64,000 bases of DNA from Verrucomicrobiota bacterium (GCA_039193385.1 JBCCWR010000001.1:7755-71754), one strand, 5' to 3'. Counted from the stretch's first letter, positions 34,120 through 44,351 are shown. Numbers and translations are program-made. Notes: generated from the letters alone by a model not told the origin.

Positions 34120-35100
34120 ATGAGCGCAACAGAGGTAAGTAGTGAAACGTCGAATGTAGATGGGTTTTTTCCACGGCAGAAAATACTTTCTCATTTGCCA
34201 GGTGGTTCTCATTATAGTGAATTTCGTAATCGAATGGCCACGGTGCTTTGCGGTGATAGCAAAATTCCCAAAACAGCGTTTTCAGACATGAAGCTGCTGG
34301 AAGCTCTATCTGAAGAAAATAGCTCCTTGGAGGATATTGCACCCTGCGTCAAAGCGGATCCCTCACTCAATATGAAAATTATGCGTATTTCGCGCACAGC
34401 GATGTATTCACGCGGAGTCGACGTAGAGAGCTTTGAGGATGCCTATTACCGTCTGGGTATGAGGGAGATTCGTAATCTCATCTATGCCGAAAAAGTAGCG
34501 GGAGGATTTCGAAAATTTAAAACGGATGTGGATTGGATGAATTTCTGGAAAAACAGTGTGCTTACCGCGCGTTTGACGGAAGTTTTAATGAGCGCAGCGG
34601 TAGGGTTTAAAAACTTTGGCTTCATCAATGGCTTGCTCAATGACACTGGAAGTCTGGTCATTCGTGAATACTTTCCTGAGGAAAGCATGCTTATTGCAAG
34701 AGCTATGCAAGAAGAGAATAAAGAGCTCATTGATGCGGAAACAGAAATTTTTGGTTTCAGTCATGCGCATGTGGCAGGTCTCCTTTGTCTGAAATGGCGT
34801 TTTCCCTATAATTCGTCTATGGGGGTTTACCATCATCACTCTCAGTTAGATGAAATAGAAGATAACGCAACGATTCGTTCTTATGCCTTGGCCACATATC
34901 TGGCTGAAAATATGGCCAAAGCAGGACTCATGTTAGAATCCGGCGAGGATGCAACGGAATTTCTAAACTATCTCTACGATAGCAACGTCTGGAATATCTT
35001 TATGTCTTACGTTAAAGACCATGATCTGATAAACAAGATCGACTTAGAAAAAGAAGTTCAGGACGCAAATCAGCTGGCAACGACGTTGTTGAGCTCCTAG
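34120..35100 (+). CDS. HDOD domain protein
   Basis: The HDOD-like core includes FWKNSVLTARL and FGFSHAHVAGLLCLKWRFP. Confidence 0.75.
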   Translation: MSATEVSSETSNVDGFFPRQKILSHLPGGSHYSEFRNRMATVLCGDSKIPKTAFSDMKLLEALSEENSSLEDIAPCVKADPSLNMKIMRISRTAMYSRGVDVESFEDAYYRLGMREIRNLIYAEKVAGGFRKFKTDVDWMNFWKNSVLTARLTEVLMSAAVGFKNFGFINGLLNDTGSLVIREYFPEESMLIARAMQEENKELIDAETEIFGFSHAHVAGLLCLKWRFPYNSSMGVYHHHSQLDEIEDNATIRSYALATYLAENMAKAGLMLESGEDATEFLNYLYDSNVWNIFMSYVKDHDLINKIDLEKEVQDANQLATTLLSS

Positions 35101-35130
35101 CAAAAAGTTCTCGTAAAAGAGTTTTTTCTT

Positions 35131-35189
35131 CACCACTTCCAAGATCTTGCACAGATCGTCGTGTCCCAATGGCATAATGCGGGTTCAAT
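35131..35189 (+). repeat. dispersed intergenic repeat, long copy
   Basis: CACCACTTCCAAGATCTTGCACAGATCGTCGTGTCCCAATGGCATAATGCGGGTTCAAT lies 30 nt after the HDOD gene stop. Confidence 0.5.
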
Positions 35190-35319
35190 AGTAATTCATA
35201 GTTGACGAGTTCGGGGCATGGGTGCACTATTTCAGCGCATTTTTCAAGATAAAGAATTGACTTGGATGTGGTTTTTAGGTTTGGTACGCGGTTCCCGTCC
35301 ACAATAAAGGATTACTAAA

Positions 35320-35922
35320 ATGGCAGAAACAATAGCATTAAAAGCAGAGCCCAGAAATAAAATAGGTCGTAACTCCGTCAAAAAAGTCAGGAAAGAAGGT
35401 AAAGTTCCTGCGGTATTGTATGGAAAAACAGAGACCCAGGCTTTGCAAATAGACACTTTGGATGTGATTCATGCATTGAATGGTACCACCAACGAAAACT
35501 GTTTTGTGGATCTTGAAGTAGGGGGCAAGAAGAGTTTAGCGCTTCTCCAAGAGGTTCAGGTCGACCCCATTAAAGACAGGGTCATCCACATGGATTTACA
35601 GCAGATAGAGCAGGATCAAGTTATCACAGTCGATGTTGCTTTGCTTCCCTCAGGTGAATCAGAAGGTGTTATTAAAGGAGGTGGTCTGCTGGAACAGCTC
35701 ATCCGCACCGTAAAAGTAAAAGGTCAGGCAAAAAACATTCCTCACCATGTGGATGCCGACATTACCTCTTTACAGCTCGGTGAAGCTCATAAGATTGGCC
35801 AAATCAATGCGCCAGAGGGTATAGATATTCTCACCAAGCCTGAGCTTATAGCTTTTAAAATCCATGTTCCTAGAAGTGCTCGTTCAGCAGCGTCACAAGC
35901 TGCTAAGGCTGGCAATGATTAA
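35320..35922 (+). CDS. rplY: 50S ribosomal protein L25 / general stress protein Ctc
   Basis: LKAEPRNKIGRNSVKKVRKEGKVPAVLYGK. 200 aa, the long Ctc form. Confidence 0.9.
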   Translation: MAETIALKAEPRNKIGRNSVKKVRKEGKVPAVLYGKTETQALQIDTLDVIHALNGTTNENCFVDLEVGGKKSLALLQEVQVDPIKDRVIHMDLQQIEQDQVITVDVALLPSGESEGVIKGGGLLEQLIRTVKVKGQAKNIPHHVDADITSLQLGEAHKIGQINAPEGIDILTKPELIAFKIHVPRSARSAASQAAKAGND

Positions 35923-35955
35923 TCACCTTAGAAACGGTGCATAGGAGAAAACAAC

Positions 35956-36531
35956 GTGGCCGGGTATTTACCTCTGGTAGTTGGTCTGGGAAATCCCGGA
36001 TTATTTTATCGGAAGACTCGCCACAATGTTGGGTTTGAGGCTGTAGACCAACTTGCAAAACTTCGGAGAGGAAGTTGGAAGAAGCTACGCTTTACAAAAG
36101 CCAAAGGGTGCCAGATTGAAAATGGCAGTTGGCTGATGAAACCGATGGATTATATGAATACATCGGGTCCGGTGGTCAATAAGGCCATGCAATGGTTTAA
36201 ATTGAAGCCGGGACAGATTTTAATAGTGGTGGATGATGTAAATCTGCCTCTGGGTAAACTTAGATTGAGAGCAAAGGGATCGGCCGGTGGACATAATGGG
36301 CTGAAGTCCATAGAGCAAGCGCTCAATACGCAGGAATATCCCAGACTGAGAGCCGGGGTGGGCGCCTCGACTCATGATGGAAAAGATTTAAAGGCTCACG
36401 TATTGAGTCGTTTTAGTAAAGAAGAATGGCAGGCCGTTCAGATGATGGTAGAAAAGAGCGTTGAAGTTATTGAGACATATCAAGCTCATGGTTTGGATGC
36501 GGCGATGCAAAAAGGAAACAGTAGTTTATGA
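35956..36531 (+). CDS. pth: peptidyl-tRNA hydrolase
   Basis: GTG start. LVVGLGNPGLFYRKTRHNVGF and GHNGLKS. Confidence 0.9.
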   Translation: MAGYLPLVVGLGNPGLFYRKTRHNVGFEAVDQLAKLRRGSWKKLRFTKAKGCQIENGSWLMKPMDYMNTSGPVVNKAMQWFKLKPGQILIVVDDVNLPLGKLRLRAKGSAGGHNGLKSIEQALNTQEYPRLRAGVGASTHDGKDLKAHVLSRFSKEEWQAVQMMVEKSVEVIETYQAHGLDAAMQKGNSSL

Positions 36532-36863
36532 AAAATAAGTATGAAGCGACCTATATTCTGGATCTTCAATCCAAAGAAGAGCTCGTTAAAGAAGCAATTA
36601 TAAAGCTGACCAAGGAGATCGAATCTTTTGGAGGGAAAGTGAGTAATACACAGAGATTGGATAGAAGGAAATTTGAACGTGTAGCAGGGAAGCTGGATAC
36701 AGGCTATTACCTCATAGCTAACTTTGAAATGGACACGCAAAAGCTAGCTGGCCTTAAAAAGAAACTTCAATTAGATGATTTGGTCTATCGTCAATTTTAT
36801 CTTGTAGATGATGGCAAACAATCAGCCCCTGTTGAAAAAGAGGCAGCTCCGGCTGTAGCATAA
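36528..36863 (+). CDS. rpsF: 30S ribosomal protein S6
   Basis: KYEATYILD...GYYLIANFE. It overlaps pth through an ATGA sequence. Confidence 0.9.
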   Translation: MKNKYEATYILDLQSKEELVKEAIIKLTKEIESFGGKVSNTQRLDRRKFERVAGKLDTGYYLIANFEMDTQKLAGLKKKLQLDDLVYRQFYLVDDGKQSAPVEKEAAPAVA

Positions 36864-36913
36864 GCTATTCACGAGTTTGCAATGAGCTAATATCAAAACC
36901 ACACTAAGACAAA

Positions 36914-37423
36914 ATGGCTTCTCTAAATAAAGTAATGTTAATGGGTAATCTCACAAGAGATCCTGATGTGCGTCACACGCCCAAAGGTACTGCCGTGGGA
37001 GATCTCGGATTAGCCATTAACATGTCATATCGCACTCAAGATGGACAAGATCGAGATGAAGTATGTTATGTCGATGTTGTGGTATGGGGTCGTCAGGCTG
37101 AAACATGCCAACAGTATCTTCGTAAAGGGGCGCCTGTTTTTGTAGAAGGGCGTTTGCAGCTAGATCAATGGCAGACCCAGGATGGTGAGAAAAAAAGCCG
37201 ACTACGTGTTCGAGCCGAGCGTGTGCAATTTCTCAGTGGCGGTGGAGGCGGCCGCAGCGGTTCTGGAGGCGGCAATTATTCAAGTAGTGGAAACCAGGGT
37301 AGCTCCTACGGCCAGCCTGATAACTACGGAGCGCCACCAGCCGGTGGTGGTGGCTACTCACAAGGAGATGGACCTCCTACGTCTTCGCCGGCTGGCGATC
37401 CCGATGACGAAATACCGTTTTAA
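36914..37423 (+). CDS. ssb: single-stranded DNA-binding protein
   Basis: LNKVMLMGNLTRDPDVRHTPKG, a Gly-rich tail, and the acidic tip DDEIPF. Confidence 0.92.
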   Translation: MASLNKVMLMGNLTRDPDVRHTPKGTAVGDLGLAINMSYRTQDGQDRDEVCYVDVVVWGRQAETCQQYLRKGAPVFVEGRLQLDQWQTQDGEKKSRLRVRAERVQFLSGGGGGRSGSGGGNYSSSGNQGSSYGQPDNYGAPPAGGGGYSQGDGPPTSSPAGDPDDEIPF

Positions 37424-37464
37424 TAGATTAAAATTTAGATTCAAAATATTAGGAGTACTACAAA

Positions 37465-37962
37465 ATGGCAATGGAACTGATTCTTAAAAAACACATACCA
37501 GGACTAGGGGCAGAAGCTGATATTGTAAAAGTGAAGCCTGGCTATGCGCGCAATTTCCTCATTCCTCGTGATTATGCAACTGTCGCAACGGGTGCTACGA
37601 AGAAACTGGTGGAAGACCTTAAACGCAAACGTGCCGAACGTGAAGCAGAAGAGCTGAATCGTGCGAATGATCTGGCAGGTAAACTTGGTAAAGTCACTCT
37701 GACATTTCAGATGAAAAGCTCTACAGATGAGAAAGTATTTGGCTCTGTGACGGCTAAAGACATTATTGAGCGACTCAAAGATATGGATATCCAACTTGAG
37801 CGTAAGCGCATTAAGTTAGGACAGCCTCTGAAAGAAAAAGGGGAACATAAGGTGGATATAGACCTTGGAAGTGGTGTTCATTCATCGATCAAAGTCGTCG
37901 TCGATGTTACCTCTGAAGACAAAGAAGAGCAGGATTCCAAAGATAAAAAGAAGAAAAAATAA
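37465..37962 (+). CDS. rplI: 50S ribosomal protein L9
   Basis: MELILKKHIPGLGAEADIVKVKPGYARNFLIPRDYA. Confidence 0.92.
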   Translation: MAMELILKKHIPGLGAEADIVKVKPGYARNFLIPRDYATVATGATKKLVEDLKRKRAEREAEELNRANDLAGKLGKVTLTFQMKSSTDEKVFGSVTAKDIIERLKDMDIQLERKRIKLGQPLKEKGEHKVDIDLGSGVHSSIKVVVDVTSEDKEEQDSKDKKKKK

Positions 37963-38089
37963 ATCTTTATTTTTATCAAGAGAAGAAGAGTTAAGTTTGT
38001 TGCATCGGCACTTAACATCAAGACCAGGTGCTTGATTCGGCACAACTTTTTAGCTATTTTAAATACGTATGATGTAATAGAGGGCGAAT

Positions 38090-38138
38090 CAGATCTTGCA
38101 CAGATGGTCCTATCACTATTGCATCATGCGGGTTAAAT
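38090..38138 (+). repeat. dispersed intergenic repeat, long copy
   Basis: CAGATCTTGCACAGATGGTCCTATCACTATTGCATCATGCGGGTTAAAT ends 10 nt before the tRNA 5' end. Confidence 0.5.
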
Positions 38139-38147
38139 CTTGATTTT

Positions 38148-38222
<75 letters not shown>

Positions 38223-38249
38223 CAAATTCTTATGCTGAATCAGTGTCAT

Positions 38250-38642
38250 TTATTCTTCCTGGCGTACAAAATAAACATTAAAACTCTGGCTGTTAGCTGG
38301 TTGCGAGTAGGTCCCCACAAGCTGGTCATGCTCTTTAAAATATTTAAGAACATAGGTTGAGCCAGGATATCCCGCATCTCTCAAAACAACTTTTATGATA
38401 GGGGCTCCCAATTTACTTTTGGCTGTGTAGGCAGATTCAACATGGATTGGTTTTGGATTAAAATAAGCAGCCTCAGCATCTCCATCTTCAGATAGCGACT
38501 TTATTTCAAGAATGTATCCTCCATCAGGTCGAGACCATTTGCCAATGAGCACCTCTGGTGTTAAGGGAGTTTCAGTCCTGCTACAACTAATGCATAAAGT
38601 TAAAATTGAGCAGGTTAGGAAAGAGAGCATTTTTGTAGGCAT
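38250..38642 (-). CDS. small lipoprotein, unknown function
   Basis: 130 aa with a signal peptide and lipobox (LCISC). Confidence 0.5.
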   Translation of the reverse strand: MPTKMLSFLTCSILTLCISCSRTETPLTPEVLIGKWSRPDGGYILEIKSLSEDGDAEAAYFNPKPIHVESAYTAKSKLGAPIIKVVLRDAGYPGSTYVLKYFKEHDQLVGTYSQPANSQSFNVYFVRQEE

Positions 38643-38703
38643 GAAGAGACCCTAAAAGGCATTCACTCAAACTGCCAGTGTTATGTGATATGAGGGAAAG
38701 AAT

Positions 38704-39984
38704 TCACAGGGATCCGCTTGGCTTAATAGAAAGCAGATTCTCCGTTGAGCGGATGTAAATATGGTGATCAACGATAACAGGCGTAGCCAGGCAGCCTGTT
38801 TGGCCGATGTTAAATGCTGTGAGTAATTCAGGCTTTTTCCCCGCTTTCAGGATGTTTACCTGACCATCTACGGAAAGGCATATTAACTTTCCGTCTACCA
38901 GCACAGGTGACGCCCGGTAGATTTCTCCTCCATCCAGTTGCTTGGTCCAAATATGTTTTCCAGTTTTGCCCTCAAGACAAGTCATGGTTCTTTCCGCACC
39001 ATGAAGAAAATAAATCAGTCCATCTTTGTACGTTGGGTTGCAAACATCAGGAACGTCTCCCGTATATTCCCAGATTTTTTCATATTTATCCGCGTTAAGT
39101 TTAAGAGCATGCATTGTCTTACCACGAGGGAGTGGATGAAAAAGTATGCCATCACCGATGACTGGTGTTGCTACCTGCCGCCAGTTACGCATACGAGGGT
39201 TATCTCCCATATAGCCATAACGCCATAGCTCTTGACCATCCGTATGACTATGAGCCGTGATGTAATCTGCTCCCCAGACCATCATGATTTTCTGGCCGTC
39301 TAGTTCAGTGGGAAGTGGAGAACTGAAGGAAAGAGGTGACTCATGGAGTGCTTCCGATTCGCGTTTGACTTGCCAGACGGTTTTGCCTGTCTTGGCGTCT
39401 AGTGCCAGTAAAAGTGAATCAACCGTTTTAATCTTGAAGCCTCGTAGTGCCATGACGAAGAGCTTCCCATCTTCTAAATAAGGTGTGCTGGAATAGCCAA
39501 AGTGATGATCAAATGGTCCCAGCTCAGCGACGAGATCCCTTTCCCAGATCAAATCGCCTTGATGATCCAAGGCCACAAAGCGTGCTTTTCCGGTCATAAA
39601 ATAAACGCGTTCCTCATCGACGACAGGCGAAGGACTAGCACAGTGCCCTTCCAAAGGGAATTTACGTGCAGAATCAATTTTCTTATCAAAGAGAACTTGG
39701 CCGCTTTTCTGATCGATGCAGATAGCGCGGACTTCCGTGTGATTACCAGCCGTTGTAATAACAAAAATTTTGCCATTTTTAACAACAGGCGTGCCTCCAG
39801 CCATGCCAGGGAGAGCGGTTTTCCATACAATATCTTTATCTTTCCAACCTACAGGAAAACTTCCGGCTTCAACATCGACCGTCCCATCGTAATGCGGGCC
39901 TCGCCAATGTGTCCATTCGTAGGCTTGAGCTATCTGAAGAGTTACAAAATGAAAAACAATAAGGAAGATACATTTTGTTTGCAT
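38704..39984 (-). CDS. PQQ-like beta-propeller repeat protein (secreted)
   Basis: Signal peptide followed by repeated W-x-modules (e.g. GDLIWERD, GKTVWQV, GQELWRY, GKHIWTK) typical of PQQ/BamB-like propellers. Confidence 0.75.
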   Translation of the reverse strand: MQTKCIFLIVFHFVTLQIAQAYEWTHWRGPHYDGTVDVEAGSFPVGWKDKDIVWKTALPGMAGGTPVVKNGKIFVITTAGNHTEVRAICIDQKSGQVLFDKKIDSARKFPLEGHCASPSPVVDEERVYFMTGKARFVALDHQGDLIWERDLVAELGPFDHHFGYSSTPYLEDGKLFVMALRGFKIKTVDSLLLALDAKTGKTVWQVKRESEALHESPLSFSSPLPTELDGQKIMMVWGADYITAHSHTDGQELWRYGYMGDNPRMRNWRQVATPVIGDGILFHPLPRGKTMHALKLNADKYEKIWEYTGDVPDVCNPTYKDGLIYFLHGAERTMTCLEGKTGKHIWTKQLDGGEIYRASPVLVDGKLICLSVDGQVNILKAGKKPELLTAFNIGQTGCLATPVIVDHHIYIRSTENLLSIKPSGSL

Positions 39985-40049
39985 AGCATCGTTATCTAAG
40001 ACACAAAAAATGAAACCTACCAGATTTTAAATAGCCATATAGTCTGGTT

Positions 40050-41234
40050 TCAGATCATGATAGCTTCAGTGTCTTTAGAAACGGCTCTTTCATCCGCTGA
40101 GCCTTCTATGATGACGGGCTCAAAGACTTTAGTGAGTTGCGAAAAATTTCTGATTCTTTGCAACATGATCGGAGAGATTTTATAACCTGCTCCCACAAGG
40201 GTTAATCCTTCCTCCGTCTTGATGTCTTCCAGAATAACCGTGCCTGGCTTGAGCTCATTGAGACCGATTTCTTGCCTGGGTGCTTCACTCAAATAAAAAA
40301 CCGTCCACTCATCGAGATATTCCAATAGTGCGGGGTCATACCAGCCCGGTCTTCCCTTAAGTATTTCTACAGCTTTGATACGTGAGACGCCAGTGGACTC
40401 CTGCAACATGACATCTTTGAGAAGTTTAAGTATTCGAGCTCCTTGCGGAATTTGTTCGCCAGCTAGCGAGTCCTTTGGATAACCGCTGCCATCATAGAGC
40501 TTGTCCTGGTAGAGGATAAACTCAGCTACTTCATCCATACGGGGAATTTTCTTGAGGAGTCGAGCGCCTAGGCTGGGAATGTCACGGATCATTTCCTTTT
40601 CCGCAGCAGTCAAAGCATTGTCCAGATTGTAGCGTTCCATGACATCGGGAGGAACAGCTGTAGCTCCAATGGAGCTCAAGAGCGCAGCTATTTCTATGAT
40701 CCAGCTTTGCTCAATATGGCATACGTGCGCGAATGTTTTGACGTAGTCGCGTAAACGTTGAGCTCGTCCGAAAGCTTCGGGTTGTAAAATAGATAAAATA
40801 TCTATGAGCACACGGATGCTACCCTTTAATGTCTTCTCCAACAACTCATGCTCGGCCATGACCAAGCGGTATTTCTCAAGGCCGGAATCAAGTGCATTAG
40901 CCAGCATCTCATTGCTACATGGCTTGGTTAGAAATTGGAACACCTGCCCTTGATTGACTGAGCGGATCGTGGTGTCTTGATCCGCATTCCCCGTAAGCAT
41001 GATGCGAACAGTATCTGGAGCTAATTTCTGCATGTGTTGCAGCAGTTCCAGTCCGCCCATCTCCGGCATCTTTAGGTCAGCTACCAGAATGGCATAGGGA
41101 CCTTGTTCTGATACAATCTTGAGGGCTTCACGACCATTCATGGCCGTATCAAACTCATATCGGTCTAAGAAATTTCGCTGATACGCGGCCAGGATTTTAG
41201 GATCATCATCTACATACAATATTTTTTCGTTCAT
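40050..41234 (-). CDS. response regulator: receiver domain plus degenerate HD-GYP domain
   Basis: REC domain ILYVDDDPKIL...ILVADLKMPEMGG. The output domain keeps DGSGYP, but it has AALLSSIG where HD-GYP proteins have AALLHDIGK, and YQD in place of HHE. Confidence 0.75.
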   Translation of the reverse strand: MNEKILYVDDDPKILAAYQRNFLDRYEFDTAMNGREALKIVSEQGPYAILVADLKMPEMGGLELLQHMQKLAPDTVRIMLTGNADQDTTIRSVNQGQVFQFLTKPCSNEMLANALDSGLEKYRLVMAEHELLEKTLKGSIRVLIDILSILQPEAFGRAQRLRDYVKTFAHVCHIEQSWIIEIAALLSSIGATAVPPDVMERYNLDNALTAAEKEMIRDIPSLGARLLKKIPRMDEVAEFILYQDKLYDGSGYPKDSLAGEQIPQGARILKLLKDVMLQESTGVSRIKAVEILKGRPGWYDPALLEYLDEWTVFYLSEAPRQEIGLNELKPGTVILEDIKTEEGLTLVGAGYKISPIMLQRIRNFSQLTKVFEPVIIEGSADERAVSKDTEAIMI

Positions 41235-41264
41235 ACTTACCCATACCTATCGATTCTATCCATT

Positions 41265-42878
41265 CTATGCTGCTATGTCTTGATCTGCGCTCTCCCCTAC
41301 CTCCAGAGGCAAATTAACAATAAAAATCGTTCCTCTATCTGTTTCCGTCTCAAATTCGATGGTTCCACCATGGTGTTCATGAATCACGGAATGCGCCAGG
41401 GCCAGCCCCTGGCCTGTTCCCTGCCCAATATCTTTGGTTGTGAAAAATGGTTCAAATATGCGTGACTCAACTTCCTTGGGAATTCCTGAACCAGTATCCC
41501 GAATGCGTATCTCGATTGTTTTATCCAGCAGTTTGGAACGCACTGCTATGACCCCGAGCCCTTGATGTTGCTCTGCTTGACGTTGTTCGATGGCGTCTAT
41601 GGCATTGATCATAAGGTTAAGAAAGACGCGCTGGATTTCATTGGGGTGACAGTAAATTTCAGGTATGGCCGGATCAAACTGAGTCACCACACGCGCAATA
41701 GATTTCCACCGGTTACGTGTCATGGTAATGCTTCCTTGAATGGCTCGGTTTACATCAAACAGCACACTGTGGCTGGCCCCCGGATGAGAAAAGTCATTCA
41801 TCGCTTTTACTATACCGGCGACGTGTTCCACACCTTCCAGGCTGTCCCGCAACGCCGCAGGTAATTCACGCAATGTGAACTCCAGATCAACACCTTGAGG
41901 AAGGGTTACTTTTGATTGGTCTAGGGCCGCCGCCGCTTTAATGAGGGAGGCCATATATTTTTCAATAAAACGTAAATTCTCCTGTAAATATTGCAGTGGC
42001 GTATTTATCTCGTGGGCTACGCCTGATGCCAGTCGACCAATGGATTCCATCTTTTGTGCGTTCATAAGTTGACGTTCCATACGTCGACGTTCGGTTACAT
42101 CCTGAATGATGGCGATGCAGTGCTTGATACCACCGTCATCATCTTGAACAGGGCTGACACGGCACTCCATATTTCTTCCTTCGTGCAGACAGTGGAGAAT
42201 CTTCAATCCATGAAGCTTGATGTCATGGGCCAGTTCTGAAATTTCCAGTTGAGCGAGTGCTGAGCCCACGCCAGCAATTTCTTTTGCTGAATGATGCATC
42301 ACTTTTTCTCGAGTTACACCGAGCATTTTTGTCAATGCGGCATTGATATAAAGCACAAGTTGTTCTCCGGTGGGCTTAAAGACCAGAATACCTTCTCCCG
42401 CCTGATCAATCGCTGCCTGAATCATCAGGAGGTTTTGCTCCATACTATGGTAAACTTTTTGTTGTTCGATTTGTTGGAGAGAACGTGTGACCAAAGCGGG
42501 AACTTGCTTAACAAGATTTGCACTTTTGACTAAATAATCAATGGCTCCTCGTTTCATCCAGTTAACTGCCAGTGAAAGGTCATCCGCTCCCGTAATGAGA
42601 ACAAAGGGAGTGACTTTATTATTCTGTTGAAGCTTGTTTAGGAGATCTTCCCCGTTGAGATCGGGCAGGCCTAGATCAACTAGTAAAAGATCAACATCTG
42701 ATTTTAAGAGGTACTCCAGAGCTTCCAGTCCTTTATTGAAACAAATGAGTTCAATATCAAGAGACGTGAGCGCATGCTGCAAAGAACGAAGCACAGCTTT
42801 ATCATCATCAATGGCCACGACTTTCGCGGTCAGATGTTGTGTTTTGAACCCTTTCGGGTAGGAGGGCACCATCTCCAC
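41265..42878 (-). CDS. hybrid sensor: N-terminal receiver + PAS + HisKA/HATPase histidine kinase
   Basis: REC domain (VVAIDDD...LLLVDLGLPDLNG), H-box SGVAHEINTPLQY, and N/G boxes NLMINAIDA, DTGSGIP and GTGQGL. Confidence 0.8.
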   Translation of the reverse strand: MEMVPSYPKGFKTQHLTAKVVAIDDDKAVLRSLQHALTSLDIELICFNKGLEALEYLLKSDVDLLLVDLGLPDLNGEDLLNKLQQNNKVTPFVLITGADDLSLAVNWMKRGAIDYLVKSANLVKQVPALVTRSLQQIEQQKVYHSMEQNLLMIQAAIDQAGEGILVFKPTGEQLVLYINAALTKMLGVTREKVMHHSAKEIAGVGSALAQLEISELAHDIKLHGLKILHCLHEGRNMECRVSPVQDDDGGIKHCIAIIQDVTERRRMERQLMNAQKMESIGRLASGVAHEINTPLQYLQENLRFIEKYMASLIKAAAALDQSKVTLPQGVDLEFTLRELPAALRDSLEGVEHVAGIVKAMNDFSHPGASHSVLFDVNRAIQGSITMTRNRWKSIARVVTQFDPAIPEIYCHPNEIQRVFLNLMINAIDAIEQRQAEQHQGLGVIAVRSKLLDKTIEIRIRDTGSGIPKEVESRIFEPFFTTKDIGQGTGQGLALAHSVIHEHHGGTIEFETETDRGTIFIVNLPLEVGESADQDIAA

Positions 42879-43049
42879 TACTATCGGCTACAGGATGTAT
42901 AATTATAGTGTAAATCCTCAGTAGCTAAAGCCATTGAAAATAGTCGATAAACGATCTAACGCATAGTTTCAGTATCGAGCCAATAAAAGAACTGAGCTTG
43001 TAGCTTGTGCTTGTGTACGGCTACTTATTGTTCAGATCATGAATAGAAC

Positions 43050-44351
43050 CTAGAGTCCGCATTTTTTAAACTTGCTGTCAATATGCTGAAAGTGGCGGTC
43101 AAGCGAGCAAGCTTCCCGAAGCTCTTGTTCATTGAGCTTCTTGCGGATTACAGAATTTTCCAAAAGATGATCGAGTAAGGTAACGTCACTATTGATATCT
43201 TCCCAGGTCGCCATAGCACTTGTTTGAACCGCTTCATAAGCCCGACGGCGTTCCATACCTTTTTCTGTAAGAGCCAAAAGAACGCTTTGTGAAAAGTACA
43301 GTCCTTTTGTGATATCGAGGTTTTTCTTCATGTTTTTGGGATAAACAACCTGTTTATCAACCAGCCAAATCATTTTAGCCAGCATGTAGTCGAGCAGTAT
43401 GGTTGAGTCCGGGCAGATAATGCGCTCGACGGATGAGTGCGAGATATCACGCTCATGCCAAAGAGCCACGTTTTCCATGGCCGCCAGAGAGTGGCCACGG
43501 ATGACTCGAGCCATACCGCTCAGACGTTCACCAATAATGGGATTGCGCTTATGGGGCATAGCGCTGCTTCCCTTCTGACCTTTAGCAAAAAATTCTTCAA
43601 CTTCCAGAACCTCTGTTCTTTGTAGATGGCGAAATTCTGTAGCCCAGCGGTCGATGCTCGATGCAATAAGGGCCAGTGTGGTCATGTAGTGTGCGTGACG
43701 GTCACGCTGAATCACCTGCGTAGAAATATTGGCAGGCTTAAGTTTAAGCTGACGGCAAACATACGATTCAACACGCGGATCAAGGTGGGCATGGGTTCCC
43801 ACAGCACCGGAAAGTTGCCCAACAGCGATGTGTTGCCGAGCTTCCAGCAAACGTTGCTCACAACGTGTAAATTCTTCATACATTAAGCCGAGTTTTAAAC
43901 CATAGCTCACAGGTTCGGCGTGAATGCCATGCGAGCGGCCGATCATGGGCGTGTATTTATATTTACGTGCTTTTTTGGCGATAACGCGCTTAAGGTCTTT
44001 GAGATCCTTGAGTAAAATATCAGATGCTTGACAAAGTTGAAGCGCCAACGTGGTGTCGAGAAGGTCTGACGAAGTCAACCCTTGATGAATCCAGCGTCCG
44101 CTAGGTCCGACGAAGGTCGCTACGTTTTCCAGAAAAGCCAGTACGTCATGATGCGTCCGTTTTTCATTTTCCTGAACTTGCTTGAGATTAAATTTAGCAC
44201 GTTTACGAATAATCTCTGCATCTCTTGCAGGGATTTTTTTATACTTTGCCATACCCTCACAAGCGAGGACTTCAATTTCCAGCCAATGCTTCAGCTTAGC
44301 TTCTTCCGTCCAAATGGCAGTCATTTCTGGCCTTGAGTAACGTTCAATCAT
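43050..44351 (-). CDS. purB: adenylosuccinate lyase
   Basis: MIERYSRPEM..., the SSAMPHKRNP signature, 433 aa. Confidence 0.92.
   Translation of the reverse strand: MIERYSRPEMTAIWTEEAKLKHWLEIEVLACEGMAKYKKIPARDAEIIRKRAKFNLKQVQENEKRTHHDVLAFLENVATFVGPSGRWIHQGLTSSDLLDTTLALQLCQASDILLKDLKDLKRVIAKKARKYKYTPMIGRSHGIHAEPVSYGLKLGLMYEEFTRCEQRLLEARQHIAVGQLSGAVGTHAHLDPRVESYVCRQLKLKPANISTQVIQRDRHAHYMTTLALIASSIDRWATEFRHLQRTEVLEVEEFFAKGQKGSSAMPHKRNPIIGERLSGMARVIRGHSLAAMENVALWHERDISHSSVERIICPDSTILLDYMLAKMIWLVDKQVVYPKNMKKNLDITKGLYFSQSVLLALTEKGMERRRAYEAVQTSAMATWEDINSDVTLLDHLLENSVIRKKLNEQELREACSLDRHFQHIDSKFKKCGL

Noticed and set aside
38096-38127. Reading the dispersed repeat as a promoter, either sigma-70 (TTGCAC ... 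CATNAT) or sigma-54 (TGGCAT-N5).
   Set aside because: The spacing between TTGCAC and the candidate -10 is 20 nt (or 15 nt to TATTGC), which is outside the usual range. The GG/GC sigma-54 elements are not conserved among copies. At least two copies point away from any gene. The idea is kept only as one untested option in the repeat finding.
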